A stretch of 62,880 bases of DNA, filler included, from Candidatus Fermentibacterota bacterium (GCA_016928395.1; 7 parts of 7 records of this genome joined end to end with filler, not necessarily neighbours in it); one strand, 5' to 3'. Positions 38,137 through 48,649 are shown, counted from the first letter of the whole stretch. Notes: a model not told the origin generated them from the sequence alone. Translations and numbers: made by a program.

Positions 38137-39569
38137 GCATACACAATGACCTCGTCACCGTTATAGGGATGGTTCTGCACGAAATCCACGCTGCCGCTGC
38201 CGAGAATCTTGTAGGAGCCCCGGCCGCAGGCTGCCCAGTTCCCGCTGGACACGTCGTGGAAGATCCCTCCCTGGAGATCCCCCCGTGCGGTGATTCCCGT
38301 TCCGTTTGATCCGGAGCTGGCCTCGGCCCATACGGCAATCCCGTCGTCGGCATTGGAATATCCGTACACGCCGATGCTGCTTCCTGTCGTGGCAAGCCCC
38401 TCGCCGACCACGCCGAACCCCGCCGGCGAGTTGGTTCTCCCCGCGACGCCCACCCCCGCGCCGGAACTTGTTTCGTGTATTCCCCTAAGGCCGATCCCAT
38501 CGGGCGATACGCTGCGACCATAGACGCCGTAGGTGTCTCCGCTGGCGGCCGAAGCAGATCCATACACGCCGACCCCGACGGTGGAAGTCGTCACACCCTG
38601 TACGGCGTGCGCGAATGTGGAACGATCTGCGACGCCGTATACGCCGTAGCTCGGCGCGCTGCCGTACACGCCCATCCCAAGGTGTGAATCACTCTGTCCA
38701 ATGACTCCGTATGTTTCGCTGGTCGTCGCGTATGAGCGGCCGTACACGCCCCGTGAGGAAGCAGTCGTGGAGTAGCTTCGGCCATACACCCCGTAGGTTA
38801 CCCCGGTGGTTGCGGTCGCCACGCCGCGAACGCCGCTTCCTGAGGTGGAAGCGGTCTCGAAGTAGCCTCCACAGGTGACCCCGGTCGATGCCCATGCCCA
38901 ACCGGAAACAGCCATGCCGGCGATTGATGCTGTTTCACCGTAGACGCCGTACGCGTCGCCCGTTGCCGCGGAGTTGTAGCCAATGACGGCTCGACCATTG
39001 GCGGAGTATGCCCTTCCGTAGACGCCGCGCGTCAACCCTGACGTCGCTTCGGCGATGCCCTGAACGGCATAGCCGCCGGTGGAATTGGTGCGCACGTAAA
39101 TTCCGTCGGCAACACCCGAGGTCTCCTGGTTGCGTATGTTCAAGACTCCCCCATACATGGCCTCTTCGATCTCCGTGCCCGGGACCAGCCCGCTGGCCAT
39201 GTAGGCGTAACCGACGCTGGACAAGCGCTGGCGCGGGGTCTGCACGACCCCGTCGAAAGTGACCTGGAGCCAAAGGTCCTCATCGAAATGGAGGATAATG
39301 AGTGGCTGCGGGCTTTCCCCAAGGAGCACGCTGAATACCCCACCGGTCACTTGTACGGAGACGGTGCCGCTCTCCCACCTCTGATCACCGGCTGCGGCGG
39401 CATTGAAGAGGCGAAACTGCATGTCGTAGGAACCATCAGCGACGGGGTTTCCCCCGCTGTCGGTTACCTTTCCCTGATAGCTGATTATCCGAGGGATCTC
39501 GGCATTGATGCTGCCCGACAGGGCAACCAGGATGAGAAGCAGGAGCCCGAAGCGCGATACGGAAACCAT
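38137..39569 (-). CDS. Secreted GVYG-repeat (beta-helix / fibre-like) protein, 3' partial
   Basis: Signal peptide, IPRIISYQG..G.FSVLLG..PRQRL.SV.YA head domain, many GVYG repeats, FVQNHP...IVY. Confidence 0.75.
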
Positions 39570-40039
39570 AGGAACCTCCTTGGTGTGCAGATCAAACCAT
39601 TCCATGACTCCAGACGGACCGGGCCCGTTGGCCCGTCTCACTGAGAATGATGCAGGGGCCCGCTCAGATTCCGCTCAGACTTTTGGTTGCTCTATGTCGG
39701 CTGCAGCAATGACCGGCCTCACCTCAGATCTGCAGTGATAACTCAGAGATCCCCGCATCGCTGGCCAGGGCAGGGGTGCGAGGAGGCTGAATCCTTTGCC
39801 CTGTAACGAAATGGTCCGACAGGGCAGGGGCGAGGAAGTCAGAGCACAACCGAGCATGCCACCTCAGAGATCCGGGATAGTGCGCTGATTGTCGGGCGAG
39901 ATCCCACCCTGAGTTTTCGATGGGCATGGCACCTTGACCGGCAATTCCCGCTCGGATCCGACCGGTGTGCACGGGCACGTCGAAGATCACGCTCGCCTCA
40001 TCCCGGCACGCAGCCGCCCGTTCCTGAGCTCGCTGCGGG

Positions 40040-40068
40040 TTGACTTGCGCCTCAATGCATCGTAGGAT
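40040..40068 (+). promoter_or_regulatory. sigma70-type promoter
   Basis: TTGACT-N17-TAGGAT upstream of the ORF starting at 40161. Confidence 0.6.
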
Positions 40069-40160
40069 TCTGTGAGCTTATGACCGCCGCGCCCAGCGCG
40101 AGCAGGTCGATGACGGATCACCGACAGCAGCATAACTGCAGCATACAGGGGGCCACACGC

Positions 40161-41401
40161 ATGCCACGCACGGCCCGACATCATTCGCCCGGGGCGATGT
40201 ACCACGTGACCCCGCGCGGCGATATCGATCCTCTGTGTGTCGGTGATGCGGAGCGATCATACTTCTACGACCTGTTGGCATACGGCGTGGGGCAGTTTGG
40301 CCATCAGATTCATGCGTTCTGCCTGCTCCCCGACCAAGTCCACCTGGCAATACGGGTTGCGGATGCCCCCCTCTCTCGGATCATCCACAGCCTTGCCTCT
40401 CGCTATACCCAATGGGTGAACCGTCATCGGGGCAGGCGTGGCAAGCTGTTTTGGGGAAGGTATGAGGCTGAACTGCTCCCGGGGCGGGCCGGGCTGATCA
40501 CGGCAGTACGCGAGATCCACCGGCTGCCAGTGGTTGGGGGGCAGGTATGCGAACCGGGAGCCTACGAGTGGAGCAGCCACCGCTACTATCGCGGGGAGGG
40601 GGCGCTCCCATGGTTGACCACCGAGGCGGTCCTTGGTCACTTCTCAGAAAACGAAGAAGAGGCTCGGCGAGCGTTCGATGCGTTCGTGAGGTCGGAACGA
40701 GCTGGTGGTTGTGGCACCCAGGACGGCGAAGCGCTGAGTGATGGCCGAGAAGGAGTGGTTTCCCGCACCGACTCCTTGAGTGATATCATCGGAGCGGTCT
40801 GCGCAGAATACGGTATGACCGAGCCTGAGCTGCTGGCGTCGGGAAAGCAACGACATGCGGTGGAAGCCCGGGCCATGGTGGTCTTGCTGGCTCGGGAGTG
40901 CACACGGAGTGCCATCGCTGAGGCAGCTTCACGGCTTGGGCGAGATCCCTCGAGTCTCGGGAAGGCGATGGGACGACTTGTGGAACGAACCAAGATGCCG
41001 GGCATCGCCGCGGAGAGGCTCGCGCGTGTCCGGCAATTGCTGCGGTCGAAGGCTGGGCCATCCCGCCCAAGAACGTTACGCAGGGTTCTCTCGGAGCGCG
41101 GATTTCTTCCCTGGGAGGAGGCACTGGCCCTCCTTGGCTCGGTGATAGACCAGGTGCTCGACGGGGAGGGCGCCCGGCGGCCGTCGGCGATCGCGCCGGA
41201 GCAGATAGTGCTCAGCGATGATGGTGGCGTGCAGGTCGAGCGCGAAGGTACTGAGAGCCAGAGAACCCAGTCATACCGAAGTCCGGAAGTCCGTGCAGGA
41301 CAACAGCCGTCTTCCAGGTCCCTGGTGTGGTCGCTTGGTGCGCTCCTGTGCGAGATGCTCTCGGGGCAGGCCCCGACGGCGGAGGACGCCCAGTCCGGTC
41401 C
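40161..41401 (+). CDS. Degenerate RAYT/Y1 domain plus DnaA-C-like HTH plus pseudokinase C-lobe, 3' partial
   Basis: MPRTAR..YHVT.RG, AFCLLPDQVHL, G.LF.GRY and YEWSS; an HTH; then YRSPE and VWSLG.LL.EMLSG..P. Confidence 0.75.
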
Positions 41402-41501
41402 NNNNNNNNNNNNNNNNNNNNNNNNNNNNNNNNNNNNNNNNNNNNTTAATTAATTAANNNNNNNNNNNNNNNNNNNNNNNNNNNNNNNNNNNNNNNNNNN
41501 N
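41402..41501. other. Artificial contig linker
   Basis: N-run, TTAATTAATTAA, N-run. Confidence 0.98.
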
Positions 41502-41777
41502 ACGAAGCCCGACCCTCCAGAGCGATTAGGGGACAGGGTAGCTTTCCCGAATACGGGGACGACCTCTGCGTCGTCCGTAGGGTTTCGCACGAGGCTATTC
41601 TGATGAACTTACAGGTTACGGATTGGGGCATGATGCGCTCAACCGCACAGACTCCGGTGCCCTGCGCCCTCAGAGGCCCGACTGAACCCTGAACCCTGAG
41701 CCCAGCTCGCGAAGCGAGCCGAACCGTGAATCCTTCCACCTGAACGCCGCGGCCTCCCACGCCGCCGGAGCATGACC

Positions 41778-42269
41778 ATGGAACCTGGCTCGCACTTCCT
41801 GACGTGGATTGTCCCACGCGGCATAGCCGCCATGGCGTGGCCCACCGAGATCGAGATCGCTCAACTTCGCGGATACGGCGTGACCTCGGTGCTCTCATTG
41901 ACGGAGGAAGCGGCCTGCATCGGCGGATGGGTCACCGACAATGGCCTCCGGTGGCTGCATCTTCCCATCGAGGACTTCGCCGCTCCGTCGATGGTTCAGG
42001 TTGCCGAGGCAGTAGGCTTCATCTCTGAAGAGGCGCGGCGTGGGAACGCTGTTGCCGTGCATTGTGGCGCCGGGCTCGGGCGAACCGGCACCATCATTGC
42101 CTGCTACCTCGTGGCTACAGGGATGCCCCCGGAAGTCGCGATAGCCCGCGTTCGGGCAGCCAGGCCCGGGTCCATCGAGACGGCAGCCCAGGAGGAGCGC
42201 GTGCGGGGGTACGCGTCTCACCTCATGGCGGAACGGAGCGATCCGTTGTTCTCAGCGAAGGGAGCCTGA
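41778..42269 (+). CDS. Dual-specificity protein phosphatase
   Basis: PIEDF, VHCGAGLGRTG and RPGSIET..Q. Confidence 0.92.
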   Translation: MEPGSHFLTWIVPRGIAAMAWPTEIEIAQLRGYGVTSVLSLTEEAACIGGWVTDNGLRWLHLPIEDFAAPSMVQVAEAVGFISEEARRGNAVAVHCGAGLGRTGTIIACYLVATGMPPEVAIARVRAARPGSIETAAQEERVRGYASHLMAERSDPLFSAKGA

Positions 42270-42385
42270 GCCCGCTGGATGGTGCCCGTATCGGCCGGTC
42301 ATAGACTCCCTGACAGAAGTGATTCTCTGCCGTGACAGGGCGACGTGAACCGGGAAGCTCTGCCGCCTGACACGGCCCGAAACCA

Positions 42386-43015
42386 CTAGAGTATGGCCGG
42401 CTCGATAGAACCCGGCACGATGACTGATCTGATGGTCGCCACAAACCGGTAGAACTCAGGGCGCCGCACAAGGCGCTTTCGCCGGGCCAGACCCGCGAAG
42501 AGGTTCAGCCGCAACCCTCTGCTGATCTCGATCTGAACTCCCCGCCCGAGACGGCCGCGGTTGCAGATGTTTCTTGGGTGAACGCCTGAATGAAGGGCAT
42601 AGTCATGAGCCGCGCGGAATTCCGCAGCATTCAAGGCCTTGATGAGCCTTTCCACGGGCTCCTCGGCTAGGCCGGACACCATTACCACGGTGTCGTCGCT
42701 CTCACAGCCATGGACCGCCACCACCGTGTCTGACTCTGCTGCGACCTCGAGGCATAGAGGGTCGTCGAATCGGGTGCTGGCGATGTGAAGGATGCCGTTG
42801 TTGCGGGGCTTGATCCCCTCAAAGACGTAGAAAGAGAGATCATCACCGGCGATGGCGCGAGCCAGTTCGCCGGTGCCCGGCTCAATACCGCCGCCATGGA
42901 TGGCGACCAGTGCCGTCGTCGATGCCCGCAGACCCATATCCCTGCTGAAGTCATATCCTTCCACTTCCCGCGATGAGAGGTCGCGGAATGATCGATAGGC
43001 ATCGCGCACGCTCAC
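42386..43015 (-). CDS. Poly-gamma-glutamate hydrolase family protein (DUF867)
   Basis: AIHGGGIEPGT, LHIASTRFDDP, VHG, NICNR and GVQIE. Confidence 0.85.
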   Translation of the reverse strand: MSVRDAYRSFRDLSSREVEGYDFSRDMGLRASTTALVAIHGGGIEPGTGELARAIAGDDLSFYVFEGIKPRNNGILHIASTRFDDPLCLEVAAESDTVVAVHGCESDDTVVMVSGLAEEPVERLIKALNAAEFRAAHDYALHSGVHPRNICNRGRLGRGVQIEISRGLRLNLFAGLARRKRLVRRPEFYRFVATIRSVIVPGSIEPAIL

Positions 43016-43057
43016 ACCGCAACCTCCGTCACTGGGAACCGAGCAGATGTCAGGCGC

Positions 43058-43861
43058 TCACTCAATAACGATGGCGGCAGGATCAAAGGCCGGTTTCGGA
43101 TACTCCATGCCCAGGCCCTCCAAAGTGTGCAGCACAACGGTGGCTACCGCGATGTTCCGGTACCACTTGCGGTTTGCGGGAATGATGTACCAGGGCGCGT
43201 GCTTTGTGCTGGTCTTTGAGAGGGCATCCTCGTAGGCCCGCACATACTCCGGCCACAGCTTCCGCTCCTTTAGGTCTGCCGTGTTGAACTTCCACCGCTT
43301 GGCGGGTTCATCGATGCGCGCCTGGAACCGCTCCTTCTGTTCGGCGAGATCGATATGGAGGAAGAACTTCAGGATGGTGGTGCCCTCCTCCGCGAGAATG
43401 CGTTCGAAGGCGTTGATTCGTTCGTAGCGCTTAGACCACACCGATTCGGGCATCAACGACCGCACTCGGACCACCAGCACATCCTCGTAATGGCTCCTGT
43501 TGAACACGGCAATCTCGCCGTGCCTTGGGGTCTGCTTGTGGATTCTCCACAGGAAGTCGTGGGCCAGTTCCTCGGGTGTCGGCACCTTGAAGCTGGCAAC
43601 GCGAACCCCCTGGGGATTCAAGGGACCGAACACCGATCTGATGGTGCCGTCTTTTCCACCCGTGTCCATGGCCTGCAAGACAACGAGCACACGATGCCGG
43701 TTCTCGGCATAGAGCACCTCCTGCAGTTCCTCAAGACGCGCTACGAGCTTCGCCAGGTGATCCCGCCCCTCCTTCTTGCCGCCGTCGAAGGCGCCGCTGT
43801 CGCGGGGGTCGTGGGTGCTCAGGTCAACGAGGCTCTTTGGTTTGACGAGATACCGTTTCAT
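43058..43861 (-). CDS. ppk2: Polyphosphate kinase 2 family protein
   Basis: LQAMDTGGKDG, FKVPT.EE..HDFLWR, FNRSHYEDVL and PWYIIPA. Confidence 0.93.
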   Translation of the reverse strand: MKRYLVKPKSLVDLSTHDPRDSGAFDGGKKEGRDHLAKLVARLEELQEVLYAENRHRVLVVLQAMDTGGKDGTIRSVFGPLNPQGVRVASFKVPTPEELAHDFLWRIHKQTPRHGEIAVFNRSHYEDVLVVRVRSLMPESVWSKRYERINAFERILAEEGTTILKFFLHIDLAEQKERFQARIDEPAKRWKFNTADLKERKLWPEYVRAYEDALSKTSTKHAPWYIIPANRKWYRNIAVATVVLHTLEGLGMEYPKPAFDPAAIVIE

Positions 43862-43901
43862 GAGGCCTTGTCTCCTTCTGCGGTGAGTACGTGGGTACAA
43901 G

Positions 43902-44693
43902 TCACAAGGTACAGGCTGGATCCCCCAGGGCGCGAGGTTGCAGGCTCACAGCGGCCACTCTTCGCTCGGAGTTCTCGACTGACGGTTGGCGCGTCTGGGC
44001 CGGCCGATGCATGACCGGTAGTCCCCAGCTGTGGGAAAAGCTGTCGAGCCTGCTCCCCAAGGCGGCATGAGCCGGCGTTGCGGCCAGGAAGAAGGCTACC
44101 CGGGGAGTCCAGGTAGCGGAAAGGGATGCGGTCGGCACCCGACAGGCGAACTCCTCCAACGTGTGTCCGATGAAGTCGCGGCGAGGACGGCGAGGGAAGT
44201 ACTGGAACACCAGCGCTGAATGGTCACGGTCGACGGTCTCGACGATCTCGCTCCAGTATACATACTGGCGTGATCGAAGGCTTCCATGACGGATCGACGG
44301 AACCTCGATGCCCATGTCGGGATCGAAGAAGACCAGATCCGCATCGGGGAACCGGGCCAGCGTCTTTTGGAACGCGCAGTGTCGGGCCTCCGCAGCCACG
44401 GGAACCATGGCGGCGTCGAAGGCTGCGCCCGGGAGGATCTCGCTCCCCTCCACCGCGGCGACCGATCGACGTCCGTTTTCCACCAGAGTGCCCATCAGGC
44501 CGAAGAGCTCGGGGTCCAGCACCGCATAGCGGGCGGGACGGGCGAGATACCCGACGAGGGCACCGTCAGACCGGCCATCGTCGGGCGTCAGCATCCACCA
44601 CACCCCACACCGGATGCCCCCCGGCAGGATCAAGGCGCGCAGAAGCCCGTACTTGTGGAAGTCATTGATGTCGCCTGCGTACTGGTCTTTCAC
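43902..44693 (-). CDS. Conserved hypothetical protein
   Basis: MKDQY.GD..D..KYGLLR and LVFFDPD.G; tightly spaced with its neighbours. Confidence 0.7.
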   Translation of the reverse strand: MKDQYAGDINDFHKYGLLRALILPGGIRCGVWWMLTPDDGRSDGALVGYLARPARYAVLDPELFGLMGTLVENGRRSVAAVEGSEILPGAAFDAAMVPVAAEARHCAFQKTLARFPDADLVFFDPDMGIEVPSIRHGSLRSRQYVYWSEIVETVDRDHSALVFQYFPRRPRRDFIGHTLEEFACRVPTASLSATWTPRVAFFLAATPAHAALGSRLDSFSHSWGLPVMHRPAQTRQPSVENSERRVAAVSLQPRALGDPACTL

Positions 44694-44705
44694 CGATCCC
44701 TAGCC

Positions 44706-47402
44706 TCACGGCAACGCGAAATCGTGCTCGCCCACAGGCTGTGAGAGGTCGGATGAGTCAGCCCCGGCATAGGCTCGCACCCAGTAGCGGACGTTCTCAT
44801 CAACGTCGCCTACTCCGTGGGAGCTGGCATAGGAGAGCCCCGTTATCACGCTCACGGGCACGGGAGACGGGGAACCGGCAAGACTGCCACGGAACACCCC
44901 GTAGGATGCGGCGCCGGCCACGGCCTCCCATGAGAAGCCCAACTGCCCACCCACGATGGCGACGCCGTCAGGATCGATCACCGGGGCTGCTAGTCCGCCC
45001 AGATCGTGCACCAGAATGCTCAGCACGATGGCATCATCTGCCGGCCCCCGCTGATCCGAATCACCGAACCAGCAGAACTCATCCTGACGAAGCCCGAAGT
45101 GCTCGCTGAAGGCCGTGTCGGCGCCTACCTGGGGCGCGTGGATCTGGAAGACTGTCGCATGGGATTGGTATGGGAGCACCGCGGCTCCCAGGGGGGAGAC
45201 CGTGGCCGAATTCACCCAGCCGGGGTGGGCGAAGGCGCTGGCGCGGCCCCGGGAAACCGTGGTGGCAAGCAGGGTCGACGTGTCCCAACTGCACTGGCCG
45301 GTGTTGGCCAGTTCGAGAGTCACCGTGGCAGAGGAGCCTTCGTTCAGGGTCGAGGGATAGCTCAGTGATTCGACGGAGGCGCCATAGCCATCGCGGGGAC
45401 CGCCGGGGGTGATGGCCAGATAGGTCCCCGATGCCCACCCGGCGTCGAATCCCGGCACATTGCAGAGTTGCAGCTCATGCCATGACCCGGAGGAGGAGAG
45501 TATTGCGAAGTGCTGGCCCTCGGCCACGGTCGTGATGATGCCATACCCGGTGCCCGGCCCTTCACGCAGATTGAGGGCGGGCGTGGTGACCCTCGCAATG
45601 GAGGTGGCCTGGCTTCCCTCCAGATAGCCATTGGCGCTGGTGGAGCCCCCCAGGGCCCACCCGCCATGGACTCCGGTGCCGGATGGGATGTGGAAGTGAT
45701 ACCAGCCGTCATGGGCGCAGGTCGAGGCAAAGCGCTGGCCTCCGGTGATGGTGGTGATGATGGCCTCCGAGATCGAGGGTCCCTGGCGTACATTCAGCGT
45801 GGTGACGCCGTCCTTGACTCTGACGATCCACGGCGCCACCGGCTCTTCCTCGATGACCCAGTCGAAGCGCATGGGAACATAGGAACTGAGAGCGCTCAAG
45901 GTGTACGCACGGTAGCTGACGCGCCAGTCGTAGGCAGAGGCTTCCATGGTCAGTACCATGCCGGGCGGATTGTCCTCCGCACAGAGGCGGACATGGCTTG
46001 ACACCAGGTTCAGGCAGTCGCCTCGACGCATCTCGCCGAATGATCCTAGCTGGGCCGCGATCTGTGAAAGGGTCGCCGTGCCATACTTCTGGCTGGTGTT
46101 CCAGCACCGGCTGACGAACCCGGAGCAGTCGACGCCGATGCAGTACAGGTCGGTCCAGCTTACGCTCTCCGTGTAGTCGTCACCGCACTTCTTGCCCAGG
46201 GGCACGCCGGCCGCAAAGGTCGACGTGCTGGTGAACCCGCCCCATTTGTACGGCACCTTCTGCTTCGCGCCGACGGTCACCCAGGCCGGAGTCCGGACAG
46301 AGCTGCCGTCGGGCAGTTGTTGGATCCCGCTGGTGATGTTGCCGGAACTCGCAGACCACTGGAGGTTCACGAAGGCCCGCGCATTGAGCATCATTTGGGA
46401 GCGGGAGAGCGGCGCCTCGTCACGGGTGCCAAAGCCTGGGCTATCCGCAACCGAGGGCAGATGATCGTTGAGGTGATAGGGCTCTTCGAGGAAGACGGGA
46501 AACGCGAGGCCCTGGTCGTGCAGCCTGGCCGAGTCCGCGGCGAAAAGATGGAGGCCCCGGGGCGAAGAGACCAGCCCGTACAGCGTATCGTGGACGACGA
46601 GGAACGAGTGGGGCAGCCAGGTGAAGTATACCCGAGGAACGGGAACAAGGCGCAGGGCATCGCCCTCCAGAGGCGCGAACACCAGCACCTGGCGGGCCTG
46701 AATGGGCGTAGGGGACAGGATCACATCCACCAGCAGGATGCAGGTGCCGCCGGCTGTGCCGAGGAGCTCGACCGAGCCGACCTCGAAGGGCAGCGTGATG
46801 CCGGAGCGTTGCAGGGAACCCCGAGCGATGCCCAGCGTACGGGGGGCTTGGCGAATGACTTGGATCTGCCCGGCGTCCATGAGCTCCATCTCTTCCGGAG
46901 GGAGGACGCGGCCGTGGCGGGTCAAGCGGAAGGCCCGTGCCCGTTCGTCTACGGCCATGACCTCACCGTCGTTCCAGATCAGCCGCTGGATCGTATGGAA
47001 CGGAACACCATCAAGGGGCGTTCGCCGAAAGGAGTCTCCCCAGGTGCCCAGATGCAGGGCATCGCCGTCCCACAGGGCAATCTCGCTGCCCTGCAGTGCA
47101 ACGCGCTCGGCCCAGGGGGGAGTCGCCATGACCTGGACGGGCCGGCCACCGATCAGATCGAAGGCCTGCAGCAGGGATTGTTCTCTGTCCAGCAGGACAT
47201 ATCGGGTCGAGCCGTCGGACTCCCAGGGCACGATGGCAAAATCGGTGGGACCAAAGCAGCCGGACGGCTCCAGTCTATAGCCGGCGTGTCCTGGGCCGCT
47301 GCCCCAGGGAATGAAGAGGATCTCATCAAACGGCCACGCGGGCGCAGGATGACCACACACCCCCAAGGCTATCACAAGGGTGAAGAGAAGGAGCCGGTTC
47401 AT
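44706..47402 (-). CDS. Secreted multidomain protein: NlpC/P60-like, two SH3b, Ig-like and C-terminal GEHDF domains
   Basis: PYKWGG, GVDCSGFVSRCW and HVRL; LNVRQGP and LNLREGP; signal peptide from ATG 47402. Confidence 0.8.
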   Translation of the reverse strand: MNRLLLFTLVIALGVCGHPAPAWPFDEILFIPWGSGPGHAGYRLEPSGCFGPTDFAIVPWESDGSTRYVLLDREQSLLQAFDLIGGRPVQVMATPPWAERVALQGSEIALWDGDALHLGTWGDSFRRTPLDGVPFHTIQRLIWNDGEVMAVDERARAFRLTRHGRVLPPEEMELMDAGQIQVIRQAPRTLGIARGSLQRSGITLPFEVGSVELLGTAGGTCILLVDVILSPTPIQARQVLVFAPLEGDALRLVPVPRVYFTWLPHSFLVVHDTLYGLVSSPRGLHLFAADSARLHDQGLAFPVFLEEPYHLNDHLPSVADSPGFGTRDEAPLSRSQMMLNARAFVNLQWSASSGNITSGIQQLPDGSSVRTPAWVTVGAKQKVPYKWGGFTSTSTFAAGVPLGKKCGDDYTESVSWTDLYCIGVDCSGFVSRCWNTSQKYGTATLSQIAAQLGSFGEMRRGDCLNLVSSHVRLCAEDNPPGMVLTMEASAYDWRVSYRAYTLSALSSYVPMRFDWVIEEEPVAPWIVRVKDGVTTLNVRQGPSISEAIITTITGGQRFASTCAHDGWYHFHIPSGTGVHGGWALGGSTSANGYLEGSQATSIARVTTPALNLREGPGTGYGIITTVAEGQHFAILSSSGSWHELQLCNVPGFDAGWASGTYLAITPGGPRDGYGASVESLSYPSTLNEGSSATVTLELANTGQCSWDTSTLLATTVSRGRASAFAHPGWVNSATVSPLGAAVLPYQSHATVFQIHAPQVGADTAFSEHFGLRQDEFCWFGDSDQRGPADDAIVLSILVHDLGGLAAPVIDPDGVAIVGGQLGFSWEAVAGAASYGVFRGSLAGSPSPVPVSVITGLSYASSHGVGDVDENVRYWVRAYAGADSSDLSQPVGEHDFALP

Positions 47403-47499
47403 GAGAGCTCCGCATGGTGGGTGATGAATGCCAGTCAGATCGAAGGCCATGAACGTACACAAGAGCCAGGGCCGGCGCCAGGGTTGAGCGGGCGGAGCC

Positions 47500-47970
47500 A
47501 GTCGGCAATTGGCAGTAGCCAGTTGTATCCTGCCGGCAGTCCCCGGCCTTGTTCGAGAGAACATGCAGAACTCGTAGACGCACTCGCGCTGAGTGGCCAG
47601 CTCGTCGATAACGATTGCGATTACGACACCGATAGCGAGACCGACCCCGAACCGCCGGCGGGCGACCAGGGGCGGTCGCCCCTACGAAGCAACGGTTCCG
47701 TGCAGCTGGACCGTAGGAGGGCCTTCAGGCCCGACAGGGGTGGCGTGTCGCGGCTGAAGCTGTCGAGTGAGGAGAGAGGAGTGAGGAGTGAGGAGATGGG
47801 GCGGCAGTCAGCCTCGCGCAGTATTCAGAATCCAGAAGGCCCATTCGTCCATTCGTCCATCCATTCATCCACTCATCCACTCGTCCATTCATCCACTCAT
47901 CCACTCGTCCATTCATCCATCCTTCCATCCTTCCATCCTTCCATCCTTCCAGTATTCCAACCCTGAACCC
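47500..47970. repeat. Intergenic mosaic of 6-, 7- and 8-mer tandem repeats plus two REP-like elements
   Basis: CGAnnn hexamers at about 47606-47650; GTAG-REPs at 47660-47685 and 47713-47734; four GAGTGAG-type units at 47765-47792; CCATTCGT/CCATCCTT octamers at 47841-47958. Confidence 0.8.
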
Positions 47971-48100
47971 CGTCAACTGAGAGCGAAACGAGCCGAGCCC
48001 CGTACTCAGCCCATCGTCAGCATTGCACCGCGGAACGCACGCGCTTTCTTCGTACGGTTGTGTGAACCGTTTTTCCCTACGGGATTGCAGAGGAGCGCTC

Positions 48101-48547
48101 ATGAACAAGATCATCCACCTTTCGGAATGCCTCTGGTGCGACCGGGAGATGGCCTTTGCCCACTTTACCTCCCAGGAGCTGGTTGAGGCCTGGCTGGCCC
48201 ATCGGTGCTCCATCGAGCCGGTGGTGGGAGGCCGCTACGAGCTATTCTGGGACGAAGACAATCCTGTACGCAACTCCACCGCTGGTTGCTGCGTCACCGC
48301 CGTCGTCAAGCCCCAGCTCATCGCTTTTGAGTGGAAGAGCCCAAGCCAATTCGAGCGCTTCGCGAATGCAGCGGATCCCCTCACCCATGTCGTTGTGGCG
48401 TTTGTCCCGAGCGGGAACGAGACGACAGTCCACATTGTTCACTCAGGCTGGCGGCGCTCTGCGGACTGGGAAGAGGCACGGATCTGGCAGGTTCGTGCCT
48501 GGGCCGGGGCTCTGACGCGCTTGAGGACCAAGATCAACGGGTGCTAG
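48101..48547 (+). CDS. SRPBCC / AHSA1-like domain protein
   Basis: GGRYELFW, IAFEWK and HSGW...W; GAGGAG RBS. Confidence 0.85.
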   Translation: MNKIIHLSECLWCDREMAFAHFTSQELVEAWLAHRCSIEPVVGGRYELFWDEDNPVRNSTAGCCVTAVVKPQLIAFEWKSPSQFERFANAADPLTHVVVAFVPSGNETTVHIVHSGWRRSADWEEARIWQVRAWAGALTRLRTKINGC

Positions 48548-48649
48548 CGGTGATGGGTACTGACAGGCAGCAGCGCCGCTTCGGGCCAGATACCGAGGGG
48601 GAATGCCAGAAGGCCCGGTGGTTCGCGAGCCTAGGGAGGAGGTGCACCG

